From Catajapyx aquilonaris (lineage: Eukaryota), in assembly GCA_000934665.2 (NCBI GenBank), contig JYFJ02000418.1, forward strand, positions 62,001 to 126,000: a stretch of 64,000 nucleotides of DNA. The letters are read 5' to 3'. The notes under the pieces were generated by a model, which had not been told where the DNA came from, made no database searches, and worked only from the letters and a program-made list of their open reading frames with translations. Positions 13,488 through 28,552 of the stretch are shown here, in pieces. The first letter of the stretch is position 1; the number at the start of each line of letters is the position of its first letter. Both the position numbers and the translations under genes were made by a program.

Positions 13488-16400
13488 CTGTAAAAACAAT
13501 ATTACGTTCATGGCAGGGGTCGTACGAAAATAATATTGAACCCCTCAGGCCACGTATTTTTTGGAGGAACAAAATTTTAATTATGCCGGCAGCAATTTCC
13601 TTTCCGCTTACGAAGCGGAAGATCAACGACGTTCTATAAATACCACATGAAGCCGACTCAAGGATGGAAGTGCAGGGGGAAAAAAAAGAAGTCTGGAATC
13701 CAGTGTACATGCGGAGTAATTTTCCGCCAGATTCCCCTTTTTTGCTTCTGTTTCTACAGGGATTTTAATTCTGGGAAGAAATCAAAGGGGGTCCGGTTCT
13801 ACATTGAAAATTGCCTTTTTCTTAAGGAATGTAATCTGAAGTGGATTGGATGGAAAGGGAGGGGACTTAACATTCTTCTTCTTCTTCTTTGCTGGTAACG
13901 ACCGTTCAATTACTACCAGTTATAATTGAAATCCCAGGGTCTTGTCTAGCCAATTTTTTTTGTTCGTAATTAGCGTTAATGGGCGAGATCAGGCAAATTC
14001 GATTCCATTCCACCTACTGATCCATGTAATCACCTAGGTGATTGTTAACATGTTACAGCACGTTATATCCGCCTCTGGCATAAAATCAAAAACCAAGCTC
14101 ACATATATTTTAAAAATCGGATTTGAGCTTTAACAATTGACAATGCAAATCATCACATGGTTAGCAAAATTTTTGCTCCCATTTACTAGCGTGTGCAGCA
14201 AATACTTCGTGTAGCTTGACCCGTCTGGCCTCACAATTTATGGGGTAAAAGTACAACCGGAGTGATATCATTACATTTGTTACATGTCTGCTGCTCTGGT
14301 TAAACTGATCCCTTGACGCAAAGCACAACAGAAATAAGCGTATATCCCAGTCAGAAATGGGATCGTTCTAGTTATCTGGCCGTATGCAGAGGTAGTCTAT
14401 AGGAATTTGGAGGTAGGGTTAGAGTGGGGCTGTTCCCAAAAGCCCGTATCTGCCGAATGCACAGCAAGCCGAGTGCTACGCTGGCCTCTTCCTACATTTC
14501 CTAAATAATCGAGCAAGTAACACTGCAGACAATCTTATCGCATCTGAAGTCCCCCCCCCCCTCCCTTCCTACCAACGCTCCAGCAGTTCCATCCCTTACT
14601 TTGGATACTCTCCAAGTGCTGTGCACGCCTTGTGGAGCTAGGAAACTTCACGACCGACTTGTTCCCGATTCAGTCTCCTCAACTTCCCACACTAAACTGT
14701 ACTTGGGTGCAATTCTCCTTCATGCATAAAGGAGCTGCTCAGCACTAACTGAAATATTCAAGTTTGTTTTCCGCCCGATATGATAGCTCCAGGGACGTAC
14801 GGGATACACGGAGGTAGAAAATAAGCCATTGGTGTCACTCGAATGAACTCTGCGAGACACGTGAATACCCTAATAAATAAGCCCATAATGGCAGTCCTTA
14901 TTCAACAGAACAGGCGTTAGATATGTTATCGACTTTGGACCGCATTTTCCAAGAAAGCAATATCATTAAGCGATTACACAATAGCGTCTTTATTCTTCCC
15001 CAGCTCCACTCATCACATCCCCAAGAGATTCCAGGCTCTTCGGCCATACACTGTGTGTATACACCTGGTGCATGCAGACACCCCGTGAGATAGTTACGCA
15101 ACCGCTTAGCATGCCAGGCCCTGTTTCTCAGAAATTTCCTCCAATGGAAAATTGCCAGTGTCATAGAGCCAAGTACAGAATCCTCCAGAGTGTAGATATG
15201 CAAAGCGCTGCAGGTACAGGGTGAATCCGAATTGCTCTGTAAATGTGGCCATTGTTTTGGGCCAATCTTGCCTCACCCTGTACTGCTGCGTCATCCTGGT
15301 TGCGGATATACATTATTATTATAGGGATCCATGCAGCAAGAGGCGAAAAAGCTGGCAGCCCGGACCCTGAGTCGAGAAGCTAATAAGAGGCGCACTTGTC
15401 AGGAGCCAAACTTGGTTGGTTGGAGAGAGGCTGGGCGACGCATTTGCATTAATGTGCGGATAGATCACGTCACAAATTATGCGCCATTGAGGAAGCCTGG
15501 AAGCAGACTTTGCACTCACTGCATTATATTAATCTTGCCGCTTTATCTAGAGAGGGATTAAGTGGTGGAAGCCTCCGCCACTATACTTTCCTCCTACCCC
15601 ATTTAATGACGCTCTTAACTATGGGCCACTCTTTTCTGCCAGAAAAATTTTCTCTCTAAAAAAAACCCTGCAGTGACTAATTTTTTTTTTCAAAAATTCG
15701 CCTCAAAATCTATATGTGGGCTTATATACAGTAAAACACACTGACATGGTAATATATACCGCATTGATATGAAAACACTCAGTACGTGTGGGTGGCGTGA
15801 CATTCAATGCGCTACGGAGTTGCTTTTTTTTTTGTAACCGCTGCGGGTATTTTGATGAGATTCATTCATCATTACCCAGTGCCGACCAGCAGGGTAGGGT
15901 TGCACAGAGCAACCGAGTCTCCCGCAGCCATCAGAGGTGACCTTCCCCGGAGGTTTGATAACCATGGAAATTCCGTGGTCTCCTCTCCGGCGAAACCATC
16001 CGGAAATAAATCGTGCGTTGTGTGTGTGTCACGTGTCAGCCGCGTCCCCATGTGTTATCTGGGACCTTTTACAACAAAAAAGCTGGCTGAAAGAAAGGGC
16101 ATAATATCAATATATGGGTCTCGAGGCGCACAATCCGGCTGCCATACAGAGGACCTCTTTACAACAACTTTTGCTTGATGAGTCCAATGTCATTAGTCCA
16201 TCTGCAGGGGGTGAGCACTAAACCGTTTCCGATAGTTTGGCTCGCAAAGTTTGGAAAGACCGGACGATGACGGTTATTTTCCGCCCGTTGCTCTCGCCTG
16301 TCAATTACACGGCTGACACAACCAAATTCTGTAATTTTGATTACTAATCAGATTACGTCCGTAATACCTTCAGGACTATATAATCCGTCCTGGTTGACAA

Positions 16401-17149
16401 GCCCCAGCCATAATAATTGCAACTGTCGCGACTGGAACAGAGTGTAACATCACACATCGCGCACACTTTTCAGTTCAATGCACTGGCCAGCACCAATGCA
16501 CGACCTTCAGAAAAACAAATGAAATACCGCTGCATAAATAATCCATCACTGGATCCCCCCAACCTGTGATCATCCATCCCGTTATCGTGATGGGAAGAAA
16601 CGCGAAAGAAAAAAAAAAGTTGTCTCATTCGTAGGTCATCCTCATCATTGAGCTCGAATGAGGTTGTGCAATAAACACACCCCCTTTTCAACCTTCTGAA
16701 GGCTTCCAGTCCGGGTCAGGTGGACCAGTCAAGGATCAATAGCCCAGAGTTTCGGTATACGGGGAAGGAAAAACTTTCACAAGCATCCCATGGTCTCCAA
16801 TTCCTTGCTTATTACATGCCCCTCTTCCTCAAAGGACAGGTGGTGTTGTTCTAATGAGAGAGGCAGCAGTGACCTGATCCTTGCAGTTGAGCGCCTCTCA
16901 AGTGTGACCCTGGCCAAAGGGAGAGAGGCTCCTTGATTATTTGATCCCCTCTCTGGAAACACGAGGCACGCTTCCATTTCAACGCAGTGTTGTGTTACCT
17001 ATACAGCCCCCAACCAAAACTGCATGTCACTTGGCGTCCGACACACCTTTGCTTTGTCGTCCTTGGCACTTGTCCCCACACACTGATTCAAATCAGATGA
17101 CAGCATGTGGGCGAAACTTATTTTAATCTAATATAGCGGATATGGAAAT

Positions 17150-17845
17150 GTAGCAGTTAGTCGACTATCCGTAGTGCTATTTTCAACCATTTTCGTATTA
17201 TACATATGTATTTATACATAATGAAATGCCTCCCGGAGTTTTCGCCCCCTTCACAATTTCGTCCCCGCAGTTTGTCAGTTTTTTTCGTGGTATTCCGTAT
17301 ATATTTAAACCCATTTATTTCTCCCATATTTAGTAACCAACACGCTCACTAAAACTCGGCTAAAATCGCCGGTATTTTTATGCTGTGCGATTTTTGACCT
17401 GCACATATAGCTGATAAGAAAATATAGCAGTGATCAGCAACAGTTAGTCGATTATCCGCACAGTTACCCTACTTTCTGCTATGTTTATTTAGTTAAAAAA
17501 CCAGAGACAATTTGCACAGTTTCGTGGTATTCCCACGACCCACATTTAGTAAGCAACACTCTCTTTCGAACTGTTATTGACACAAATCGCCATTATTTTA
17601 TGCTATGTGATTTTTGACCTGCCTATGTAGCTGATGGTAAAATATAGCAGTGATCAACAACAGTCGATTATCCGCACAGTTACTTCCTGCCATTTTTTTA
17701 TTTTGTAAAAAAAACCATAGGCAATTTTCACAGTTTAGTGGTACTACTCTGTATATTTACACCAATTTAATCCTCCCATATTTAGTAAGGAACACGCTCA
17801 TTAAAACCGTAATTGACACAAATCGCCGCTATTGTTAATGCGATG
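17150..17845. repeat. Diverged tandem repeat, ~220-bp unit, ~3 copies
   Basis: aatatagcagtgatca recurs at 17421 and 17641. Shared blocks include gtcgattatccgcacagtta, gatttttgacctgc, (t/a)tttagtaa and aaatcgcc. Confidence 0.85.
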
Positions 17846-19258
17846 CCATTGTCCAACGTAACGACCATAGGTGTCGAGGCGTCTACCAGCTGACAACGAC
17901 CTTGTTTATGAACACGGACACCTTCGGGTCATGCCTTCAATCCCCTTTTGTGGCATGACCACAAGAGAGGGGCACCGTTCCTTCATTATTCCCACAGAGT
18001 CATAATAATTGCGAAGACGTCGTAAACCGAGGATCTGGCTGGCTGGCTTGGGGAGGGATGAAGAAGAAAGGCCTCTGAGGTCGGAGGGGGGTCGTATAAT
18101 TGGATCCACACCGGGGAGGAGACAACCGCCATTATGTCATTGTCATTCCACGGGGAGCCTCCAAATCCGGGCCGCGGCTTCTTTTCTTATATATCACGAG
18201 CCCCCTTTTCTTTCATTCACTTCCTGAACCCACTGCAATATTAGGTCAGGCGATATATCCGCCTGCAATTATCCCATTCCCATAATAGGATTACGCGATT
18301 GTTTGGCAAATTGCAGCATTTTTTTTGAGTCCGTTATAGGCCTCCGGAGACTATCTGCGATCGGCCTCCGAGTGTCCTTGCCCGATGCTGTTGGGCGGAC
18401 CACTTCCACCTACCTGGGCGCCATTATTATTTTTGCCAGCCCCTTTCCCTCCCTCTCGAAAAAAAAGAAAAATAATTTGGTTTCGTCTTTTCCTGGCTAA
18501 TGGGATGTATGTGGGTCCAGGGACGCAGCATCCAGGGATGAATTCGCACGCAAAATTCGTGGTTTTTTTGATTATACATTTTAACTCAGGGATCAATTAT
18601 TTGAAAGTGTAGAAAATGAGGTGACGGACCCTGCTGACATTAACTTAATTCATTTCCATGTGAGATCGACCTTTCAACACGCGAAATCCTTGCATAACTT
18701 GCACGTAATCGTACGTCACACAGTGAAGCCACTCTCTGCACTAAATTGGTTGCGCAAGTATAAACTGCTATAATTAACCTATTTTAATGGGCACTTTGCT
18801 TTTAAGTTGATGAAGAGTTCATAGAATATTTTGCTTGTTTGGTACGTTTTAAATAAATACGATATAAATCTGGCTTTAATCTATTTTGCTTCTTTTATAT
18901 GACGCCATAAGCAAGGACATTGCTAATATCTTTCCTTCCCTTCGACTCAATAAATAATTCAATTTACTTCCTGCCACAGAGTGTTCTCAAGACATCTCCA
19001 TGAATCGCGAACAACTCGTCCCGTGCACGACACCATCGGCCTCTGGAGTTGACGCTTTCCCAGGCCTAGTGGGCGTCACCGCCAGAGGACCAGCAGGCCA
19101 TTCCGTCCCCAACCATGTCCCACACTCGGGTGTGAAGGAGGGGTCGCGTGGGGGTTGAGTGAAAAAGCGATGGTAGTACCAGGAGAAGAAACAAGGGGAG
19201 CCGAGCCGAGTACGAGGGTGTGTGCGTGTGTCTGTCTGGGCGATCAATGCACGAGATA

Positions 19259-19278
19259 GGGGCGGCCTAATCCGCCCC
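19259..19278. promoter_or_regulatory. Inverted pair of GC boxes in a CpG-rich patch (possible internal promoter)
   Basis: GGGGCGG-cctaat-CCGCCCC within a CpG-rich stretch at ~19000-19400. Confidence 0.25.
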
Positions 19279-22200
19279 AAGTTGTCTCGTCTGCTGGTCC
19301 ACAGGCCTGGGCTATGGATGGGGACATCATCTCACATCGTGATCAAGCCATGTCGTCGTCTCATCATCTGCGCTGCTGCTTCGAGAGGGGAGTACTAATT
19401 GCGACCCGTTATGACGACGTGATGGGACAATTAAGATAGCGGCTGCACCAGTGGACATTCCTCTAGGGAGCAGGTGCCAAAGGATTCGGAGGGCCTTCGA
19501 TCACTTGTGCTGATGATGCGGTGGAGTGAACCTGACGAGTGGGTCTCAAACTTTGCCATCTCGTTATACAACAGCATGAATATTCCATCTACTTGTCCTA
19601 CTAACAATCAGGAGTCAACTTCCTTATTGTGCAAACCTTTATTTTGAAATGACATCTTGACATATCATGCGTATTGTTGAGTCCCGATAAAAATATGACA
19701 ATACGAGTAAATCACTTGCTGGTTTCTCCCCGGCGACAGTCCAATCAATACTGTCTCCTACATAGCGTCCCATTGAAAGTTAGTATCGCGATCAATAAAT
19801 CAGCAGCCGAGGCAATTTAGCCTATATACTCGGGACGGTGCAAATAACCACCATTATTATCCGGGAGCCCGGATCTTGAGAGAATCACATTTTGAATCCA
19901 CCTCCTGGCGACTGACTAGGCGATAATGAATCCGTCTTCTTCCCAAGGGATCTACACCCCTTGCAACAACTCGTGTATATATAAGCCCTCACGTCCTCAT
20001 CAATCCAGAGAGTCAGCCATCTGTCACGCGTCGATAGGCTTTCAAGGAGGCCTATTGCCCCTGCAATAACTGGACGAGTGATGGGTCCGATTTCCTCCAA
20101 ACCTCGCCGTAGCTTCAAATCATTTTTCCCCCCCTCCAAAGGTCCATTGTGCCGTTTTAATTGGACCGATGCGCGACGGATGGGTGCTTCCCCTCTCGTC
20201 TCTCAACAATTTCATGAGGTTTTGCAGCAAAGCATGTTATGACGACTGCCAAATTGCCACCTAACTGTATCCAGAAACCATAGCTAACGGGGTTTTATTG
20301 GCCGAGAAGGGGGGTATAAAAAAGGACTTTATTTGGACCAAGCACGAGCACTGAGGTGCGAAACTGGACAAAAAAAATTACGAGTGTAGAAAATTGGATT
20401 CCGTATACCTCTGGTCCCATAACGGTGCTGGTCAGTGCTATACCCAGTGCCAGATCGTGATCCAGATGTATAAAGTGTGACACATGGAAAGTGCTTTCTA
20501 TACAATAATAGAGCGCATGTCACGTGCAATATCAAGCTGTGAATCATGATTCGAGCTGCGTTTCCGCACTGTACAAGGGAAATTAATTTACGTACCAGAC
20601 AACGCTCCCAAAAAATAATGATGCGCCATTCAGACATTCAGACCCTTGTAATTTGCGTCCGATGCACGTTATTCCGTGTCTTATTATTCGTATTCCTCTT
20701 ATGTCTTACACAGGACAATCAGCCGTTCAACTCCTTCATTTGTCCGAGTCGGATTTGCTAAATTACCTCGCTGATAAACAAACCACTTGTTCCACGCTGT
20801 TCCGATGACAACAGGACACGGTGAGTGGCATCGTAACCCCTTTTTTACCAGGTCATCACCATTCTTGGATGTCCCGTCCCCATATTGTTATTCAACCCTG
20901 CAAACCCCCGTCGCCTCAGCCGCGAACAATACCCGAATCGGCAAAGTCAATCAACCATGACAAAGCAAACAAGCACAGAGGGAGTGGAGGACCGTCCCTT
21001 ATTTTTTTTGTATTGTTGTTGTCTCCAAGCATTCTTATAATATACGCACCTTTTGCTGCCGCGATGACGATTCTTCATCCTCATTGTTCCAGACCCTCGT
21101 TTGTCCCACCGCCTGCTGGCACAACACGCAACACGCTCCTTCCGAATCGCACCTCAATTAATCATCGAGCGACACAGTCCACGGGACACTTTCACCACAA
21201 GTCCATCCAAACTCCATTTCAAGACAACGCCACAAAAAAATTGCACACGAACCCCTTACGGTACAACGTTTGATGACCACGCTTTCTAAGAAGGTAAAGG
21301 TCGGGCTTGTTAATTCAGTATTTTTTTTGTACGTGCCGGATGACACTAGAGATAGCCCTCTTCAACTATTTTCGGCTGTCCATTATGGGACGGTTGAGAT
21401 CACGTTCCTGTCCGCTTATCCTATAGAAAAATTGGAGCCGACATTCTCGTCTCTCTCACTTTTCGACGGTGCACTTCCTACAACTAAAATCGGTTTATCC
21501 CATCCGGCATGTGAATGTTTCGCGCAAAAGGCAACACCCTTTGGTCCAGCAGCATACACGTCCAGCCTGGAGCGGAGCAAGGGATGGATCGAATGGGGGT
21601 TGGGGAGGCCGCTATTCCATCGGCATTCCCAGCTTCTCTTGCTGAGCACGATTAGCGAAAAAGGGCTAGACCCGTCAGGTGGATGATGCTGAAGGGGTCT
21701 TGTTGCATCGGATTGCAACACACACACTATAGGAGAGCTGCGAGAATTAGGAAGGAATCGAGTGCTTCCAAGTTCATTGCCGTCCTGGACTGGTTGGGAG
21801 GTTTTGTCTTTACGACCAACTCACACACACAGCGGTCGGTGGAATACAAGGGAGGGATTTGTTGCAGATTGCCACGACTTTGGAGTAAACATGTATAGAA
21901 GCCCTAGATTCTATTGCGGTGAGGATTCTGGCACATTCGGAGTCATTAACAGCCAGTGTGTGTCACTTTTCGCGCTTCTGGGCGCCCAATTTACGATTTC
22001 AACATGGAATATGCCAATAATATAATTCAATGCCACTTTGCCCTCATACACACTAATATTTTAATAAATTAATATGAAATCACACTCGTAATAATATTAT
22101 AAGGAGAATACTGGCAATCGTTTCATTTTAATACTGATAATTAACAGGAATAAAAACAACTAATAATGACAGATCGACGTTCTGTACACTGTACCAGTTG

Positions 22201-25200
22201 CAACTCCGGATACATAGTGGTTCCTTATTTCTCCGGACAGTCTCATCGGACACTTCCCACAACCGGATCGCTAAATGATATCTAAGATCGATTTTTTCCC
22301 CCTTTCTTTCTTTCCCCGTCCACTTTTCCCTCGTCTCCTCTCCATCTCTTCCTGCCTCCGAACCCCATGGACCATCCGTTGAATAAAAGAAATCAGACCT
22401 CGCTTTTGATGAAGTGGTCACACCGACGTGTGCCTGGCGAAGAATTCCTGAGTCGTTCGGGGACACTTGCCTTCTTCCCAGTCAATAAAAAATGACCCCC
22501 CCATTCACCCCACAACACCACCTGAAGACGTATGTAAAACTCCTGGGAGGATTCCATTACAAAATCAATTTCCGAATAGTCCCGTGTACCCTGGAGCCCC
22601 GGACCCCACCAATCCTATTGAAAGCTTCCCACATTCTCCTTTTACCCCTGCGGCCCCCACCGGAATTTACGGCCCTCTCCAAAAAGAAGGCATATGGCCA
22701 CAAAATATGGGAAGATGGACGCCTTTACCGCCAGACTGGGGAAACCGCGGGCCTTCCCAAAAACGTTCAGACTCGTAATAAATTACAGGCCCGGAATGTG
22801 CACACCGGTTCGCCTCCCTAACATCTCCACCCTCATATTTAAGTCGAGCCGGATTTATCGTTACATCCAGCAGGAACACGAGAAGGGATATTCCCCCCTT
22901 CCTATAAGATGATTGCGACTTGGCCCCAGGCAGCATCCCCCTAGTGTAAACGTGCCAACCGAATTACCCCCATACATCCACCGGATTTACACCCGTCATC
23001 AGCAGAAGTTAGGTCACAACTCACTCTCTAAGGACCAGACCGGACTGTATACTGTTAGGACAAATCACTGTGAACCGATTCAATGGGGGCTATCTCCAGT
23101 GTATACTGCACGGATCACAACACACACACACACACGTTAAATCCAAGGACCGCGAAGCGAACCGCTTTCCTCGGCAGCGTGCTGCCGACTGCTGCCAAAC
23201 CAGACGAGCTCCACCGATTTCAGGGTCTCCCATGCTACTTTAGTGCGCCGTCGCCGAAGACTTTTCCACGCAGGAGTATACAGACGAAGTACAGCAAAAA
23301 AAATTGCGGTTGTGCAGTGTGCAACTATTGGGCTAGTGTCATCATGGGCCATTAATGCAATGAAATGAGTGGAGGTGCAAAATTGCGATTCGTGTAATGT
23401 GTCAGGGACGTGTGAATAAAAGGGGTCGAGAGTTTATGCTGTGTTTTTCCAAATCGGCGATGGGATTTTGCGTGCTAAAAGATCGCGGGGTAATGTATCG
23501 GTTGATGCAAAGTGTTAAAATTTGTAGATATGTGGGGATCGACTGTACACACTACACAACACGGTCCATTTGGCAGGAAAATAAACTGCAGCCATCACGC
23601 AACTGCAAGCTAATTACACTCAATAATTTTGAGTGCAAATTCAGAGTCCTGAAAATGGACGTGCACCTGATTTGAGCCATATTTACACACTCACTGAGAG
23701 CAATTATTATGTCCACTCTGACTATGCAAAACCACTACACACGAGTACATTAAGCACTAGTCAATATATGGAGAAAAACTGTTCCGCAAATTTCAACACC
23801 GAGTGATTTTCCCTGTAACCTGCCAAACGTCACAACCACAGAAAAACCATCATCCCATTTGTACGAAAAAAACCGAATAAATTTTAAGTGTGGCATAATT
23901 TTTTTTGCCAATATCTTCTTGTCTATACACTCAATCTGTAGTTAGCCAACCGCATCTCCGCTCCGATTTGCACCGGAAATGACCTTATTCTAAGCATTTA
24001 CTCCGCCTAATCCTGAGAGTAACTGAGCAACCCAGTCCCTTCATCCTTTTCCTTGCGGCCTCTCTCTCTACTACCATCTCTCTTCTCCAGATGTGCCCCT
24101 TCATAATGGCAAATTAATCTCTGGGCCAACATCCAAGCCAGAGGCAAGTGCCGCCCAGATCACCTTCCCCTCTTGCTGCAAAGGCCTGGAGCCAACAAGC
24201 CTTTAATGCAGCATTTCAAAGAGGGTTTCTATCCAGCAAGGGGGATGATGCTACCCGAGCTCTATTCTTTATATCCCTTTCCCTTTGGCCAAGCGACCGA
24301 CCGGTGAGCTGCTGGAGAGAGAAATTATGTTACTCTAGAGAGAGAGAGGCGTCTAACCTTGCCAGGGTTCCAATTTTAGCTTCTTTTGCAGGTAAGTAGC
24401 TAGGATGATAAATGGATGCTTTTTGGAGGTTTATGACAATGTGAGATATTCAGAGATAATTCTCTGGCTCGTCTTCTGGCAAAGATTTACACAGAGTATT
24501 TACGAATGTGGAGATGCTCCAGGGAGGAATGGTAAAAAAAAAAGTTGGTAAGCAAACGAACCTTAGGAAATAAACAGGAGAGAACTTTTCATTTATTTAC
24601 CGCGTGTATAGGATCGTCGGTGTGCCAAAAGCAACCTTCAACTCCACGTGCTTCTCAAGAAAAGGGGATATAAACATGGTTTTTTTGGAGGTGTCCTAAC
24701 AGCCCTCCAAATGTTTCTTCGGCTTGGGCTTATTTCATGCTAACTGCTGGCCAAATACTGTAATGAAGCGAAAGGGGGGAATGGATGTTCAAGCGGCCAT
24801 GAAAAGGGGGAAGTGGAAGAAAAATAAATGGAACGTGACTAAAGAAAGGCGAGAGAGAGAGAAAAAATGAAATATAAGCAAGGAGAGGGAGGTGAGAATG
24901 ACACAGATGGAGAAACTGATATTTTTTCCAAACGTAATATGGGTTTAGATCTGACGATACTTGAGGAGGTGTGAAATCATCTTCCTTTCTAATATTCAGC
25001 AGTGTAATAAGGAACATGTTTTATGAGCTGACTTTCTCAAGTTTGGCGGTCACATCACAAAACAACACTGGCCGCGTCTAAAATTTACTGCCTGAAATAG
25101 CATAGTATCTTCAGTGTTCGAAAATAGCACACAAATTTTTAGTTGATCCAATATATTGGTTGACTACAAAAATTTACGATCACTTGAACGTAAAATGATT

Positions 25201-26941
25201 TCTATATACATTTTTAAAACCTGCTCATATATCCTCAACTTCCGGCATATTAAAGGTAATGAACGCAATGATTTTGAAATGTGATGAATACGGTAGATAT
25301 GCTCCAAAAAATATTCAGTCACCAGAACGTCTTAAATTTTATCACACTTTAGCTGAGGCCATGCCGGATACTGCTGCAACCATGCGGCATAAATCTGTGC
25401 CTTTACAACCATGTCATAAATGTAGAAACCATAAGGGGATGTCAGCAAAAATTACAAAATTGCTTGAAAAATGTATCCTGCAATAACCTAACCCCGTCCA
25501 CGAATGGCCACACAACACGCAAGATATTAACTAAGCTAAGCGACCAGTCGTGTCCAGAATCTCGAATCCGCCCAAAGTCTGCTTCTCTCCAGTACCAATT
25601 AGACTCGGAATGACACCATCCACTAATTCTCATCAAGAGATCTGACGTAGCAAGGACAGACAGAGAAAAATCAAGGCTTGTGTAATACGGGGGCATCAGG
25701 CAAGAGGAAATTCCTGAGGTTCTTCACTCCTGCTGTAGTAGCCAGAAAGCCAAAACCAGGAGCTTCCCCAAAAGATGCTGAGGCCCGTGGGAAATGAAGT
25801 TGCCCGGCGCAACAAGAAGACGAACAACGCTTGTCTTCAGTCTTCGGGGTCAAATTAATGGGGCGGAGAAAGAGAAGGACAGGAAGGGACCAAGGGAAAC
25901 TTGGGCTTTCAGATATGGTGTTGCTGGAGGATGAGGAGAGTCTAAAACAGAATTTATGGCAAACGTAACCAACTCAAAGAGACGAAATGAGATTACAGCA
26001 AACTGCTACAACATTAGGCTTCTGCTATCTCTCGGACGGTTGGTGTATATATACAACTGGCGGCTTCCTTCATCACATAAAGCAGCGGCCCAGTTATTTG
26101 CAATCAGATACAGAGAAACTGTGTTCCGGAATTAGAGAAACTTAGAACCAGCCTTGCAATCAGGCAGAAGTCAGGATAATAAAAATGTCTAGTGCTTGGA
26201 ATGGAATTGCAACATTGCAAATTCTCTATTTTCTGAATTAAGATAGTGCGCTTTAACGGTGCGGAGTTTTAATCGCGAACCATCTCAGCAGAGGCTTTAA
26301 AATCCGATGTTTGCGGAAAGAGCCGAAAAATCTGAGCACAATGCACTAACGAGCCCTAATTGCAAGCTGGGCAAAAAAAAATCCAGCATAAAATGCAATA
26401 ATTAAAGCAGCAAAATTTGCGCCTCAAAATATACGGCATAATTTGGTTGTAAAAAAATGAAAATATTTCAATTAAAACCGGATAATTCTACCGTGCAAGT
26501 TGCGCATCATGAGAGCAAAAAGAAATGAAGCTATATGTTCCATGTAATGCTCCATAATGCAAGTGAAAATGATTTGCATATTAATGTATTGTTGCGATTT
26601 TTTGTGATTTCTGGAATTCTGCTGCAGTTTAATTTTGTAAGGTCAACAGTGATTTTTCAGGCTCTTGTTTTACCTCTGATTACAGTACACTTGCGTCACT
26701 TTGCTCGCACAATCGACAGCTGTTTCCATGCCAATCCTGACGTCATTGCCCCCAAGAATTAGTCCGACCTTGGACCCCCTTGAATGACCTGTCGATACAA
26801 AAACGACCATGCATGCCACACTTTGAAAGGAACACACTGTTGCCAGGGTCATTCCAACAAACACCATGAAAATTTCGACCTTACCTCCTTCTCTTATTGC
26901 GAACTCTGGTCACGAAGGCCAAAATACCCGGGTTTCCTTTG

Positions 26942-27346
26942 CTACTGGTCAATGAAGCCGGGTCTCATCAAAGCCTTCATCTCACTTACACTGAAGAAAA
27001 AGCTTCCCTTGGGACATGAAAAGGAGGACTGTTTCCCTCCCTCTTTTCTGGGATGCTCCGAACAAGAGTGGGCCTTCAAGGAACCCTCCCAATTCACTTT
27101 GGTGACTCCCTTTTGAATGCCTCGCCAACGAAACCTGATAATCGGAGGTTCACATGTGGCTACACACTTGACCTTATTGGAAGAACTGGAGTCTCTAAGG
27201 AGGAAGTCAAAACGTGCACCATTTTTGGAGCATTTATTGAAGTTAATGAACAAATTGGTTTTAATTGCTGACTCATTCTTCAGGCAGTTTCGTGTCTTAA
27301 CCACTTGTTCTAGCTTCCGTTGCCTGATAGTACACACTTTCTTCAT
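26942..27346 (-). pseudogene. Possible degraded transposase-associated zinc-finger remnant (hAT/TTF-like)
   Basis: Peptide FDFLLRD....KVKCVATC...KG....NWEGSLKAHSCSEH loosely fits F.WL..D....C..C...G....L..H..S..H. No catalytic domain or terminal repeats seen. Confidence 0.2.
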
Positions 27347-28552
27347 ATCCTCAGATCATACGTTATCCGGCTTCCGGCCAACTGGTGCAAACCTGCTGTT
27401 CCTTTTTTAAAAAAAAATTAAATTCGGCAACATCCTGCCAATTTGACCCCCAAAAAATTGCCCAGTTTCAGCGAAACAGGTGAAACCTACTTATTACGAT
27501 GTTAATCTTGTCCCAAAATCATGTGAATGAAGGTCAGGTAAATGTAGATTAAAAGCATGTAATCAGCACACTATAGTTACGATCCGCTTGGACCAAAACA
27601 GACGGATAACAGTTGTGTAATCCGCTAACAATGCGCACAATTTGTTGGCAGTTTGAATAGGTTATACGGCCCGCAATAATTGGGCCATGAAATAGCTTAA
27701 CAAGACACACGCACGAAGGTGGACATAAACAGGGCATAAACTAGCGCGATTTTTTTTCAACGGTCGGAGTTACGTACTTTTGGCACAATCATTAAATCAG
27801 CCTGTATGCGCAGAGGGAAATGTTTCCCCTGCTCTAAAACAAAGTGCAAAACACTGATTGCGACAGTTTGACTAAACAACTCGGTGTAAAAATAAGCACC
27901 GGACACTCTCTCGGTTGTTGTGTTTTCCAGGATTGTCCACTTTAATTCGAACAAATTGATCCAGGGGAGTTTGGCTCCAAATTGTCTGTTCAACTTAGGC
28001 CGTTTCTAAAGAACGCACCAGTGTATAGTCTTTTCCCTTTCCAACACTCCGAATGGTGTACTTCGGACCTGTGCCAAGTGTGACGCCCAGAAGATTACGG
28101 AGCAGACACTGAATCCGGGCCAAAAAAGAGGCTGCAATTGCCCAAATCCATTAGAGAATGGCCGATTGTTTCCTCCCACTTACCCCCAACCCTAATAAAG
28201 CCAGGCCCCCATATTAATGGCACCCACCGAGTGATATGGAGCAAGAGGAAGCTGCAATGGCCGGCCTTCGAGTTGAGAAAATAATGTTAAGTTTGTAAAG
28301 GAGGTGGGCAAAAGTGGACTCCGCCACAAGGACGTGCTAATGGATCTAGTAGTAGGCAGTTGAAATGCAATTCTACTTTTCGCATATGGGAGGTTCCTAT
28401 TTTTCTAGGTCGGGCCAATCCTTTTTTTTAAAAATCCGGGAGAGGTATTGTCATTTCCTAATGGCAACAATAAATTTTATTCTGCAACTATTGGATCGAG
28501 ACAAATTGTGTACCGTTTTATGGTATCTCGTTACATCTTTATAATGATACCA

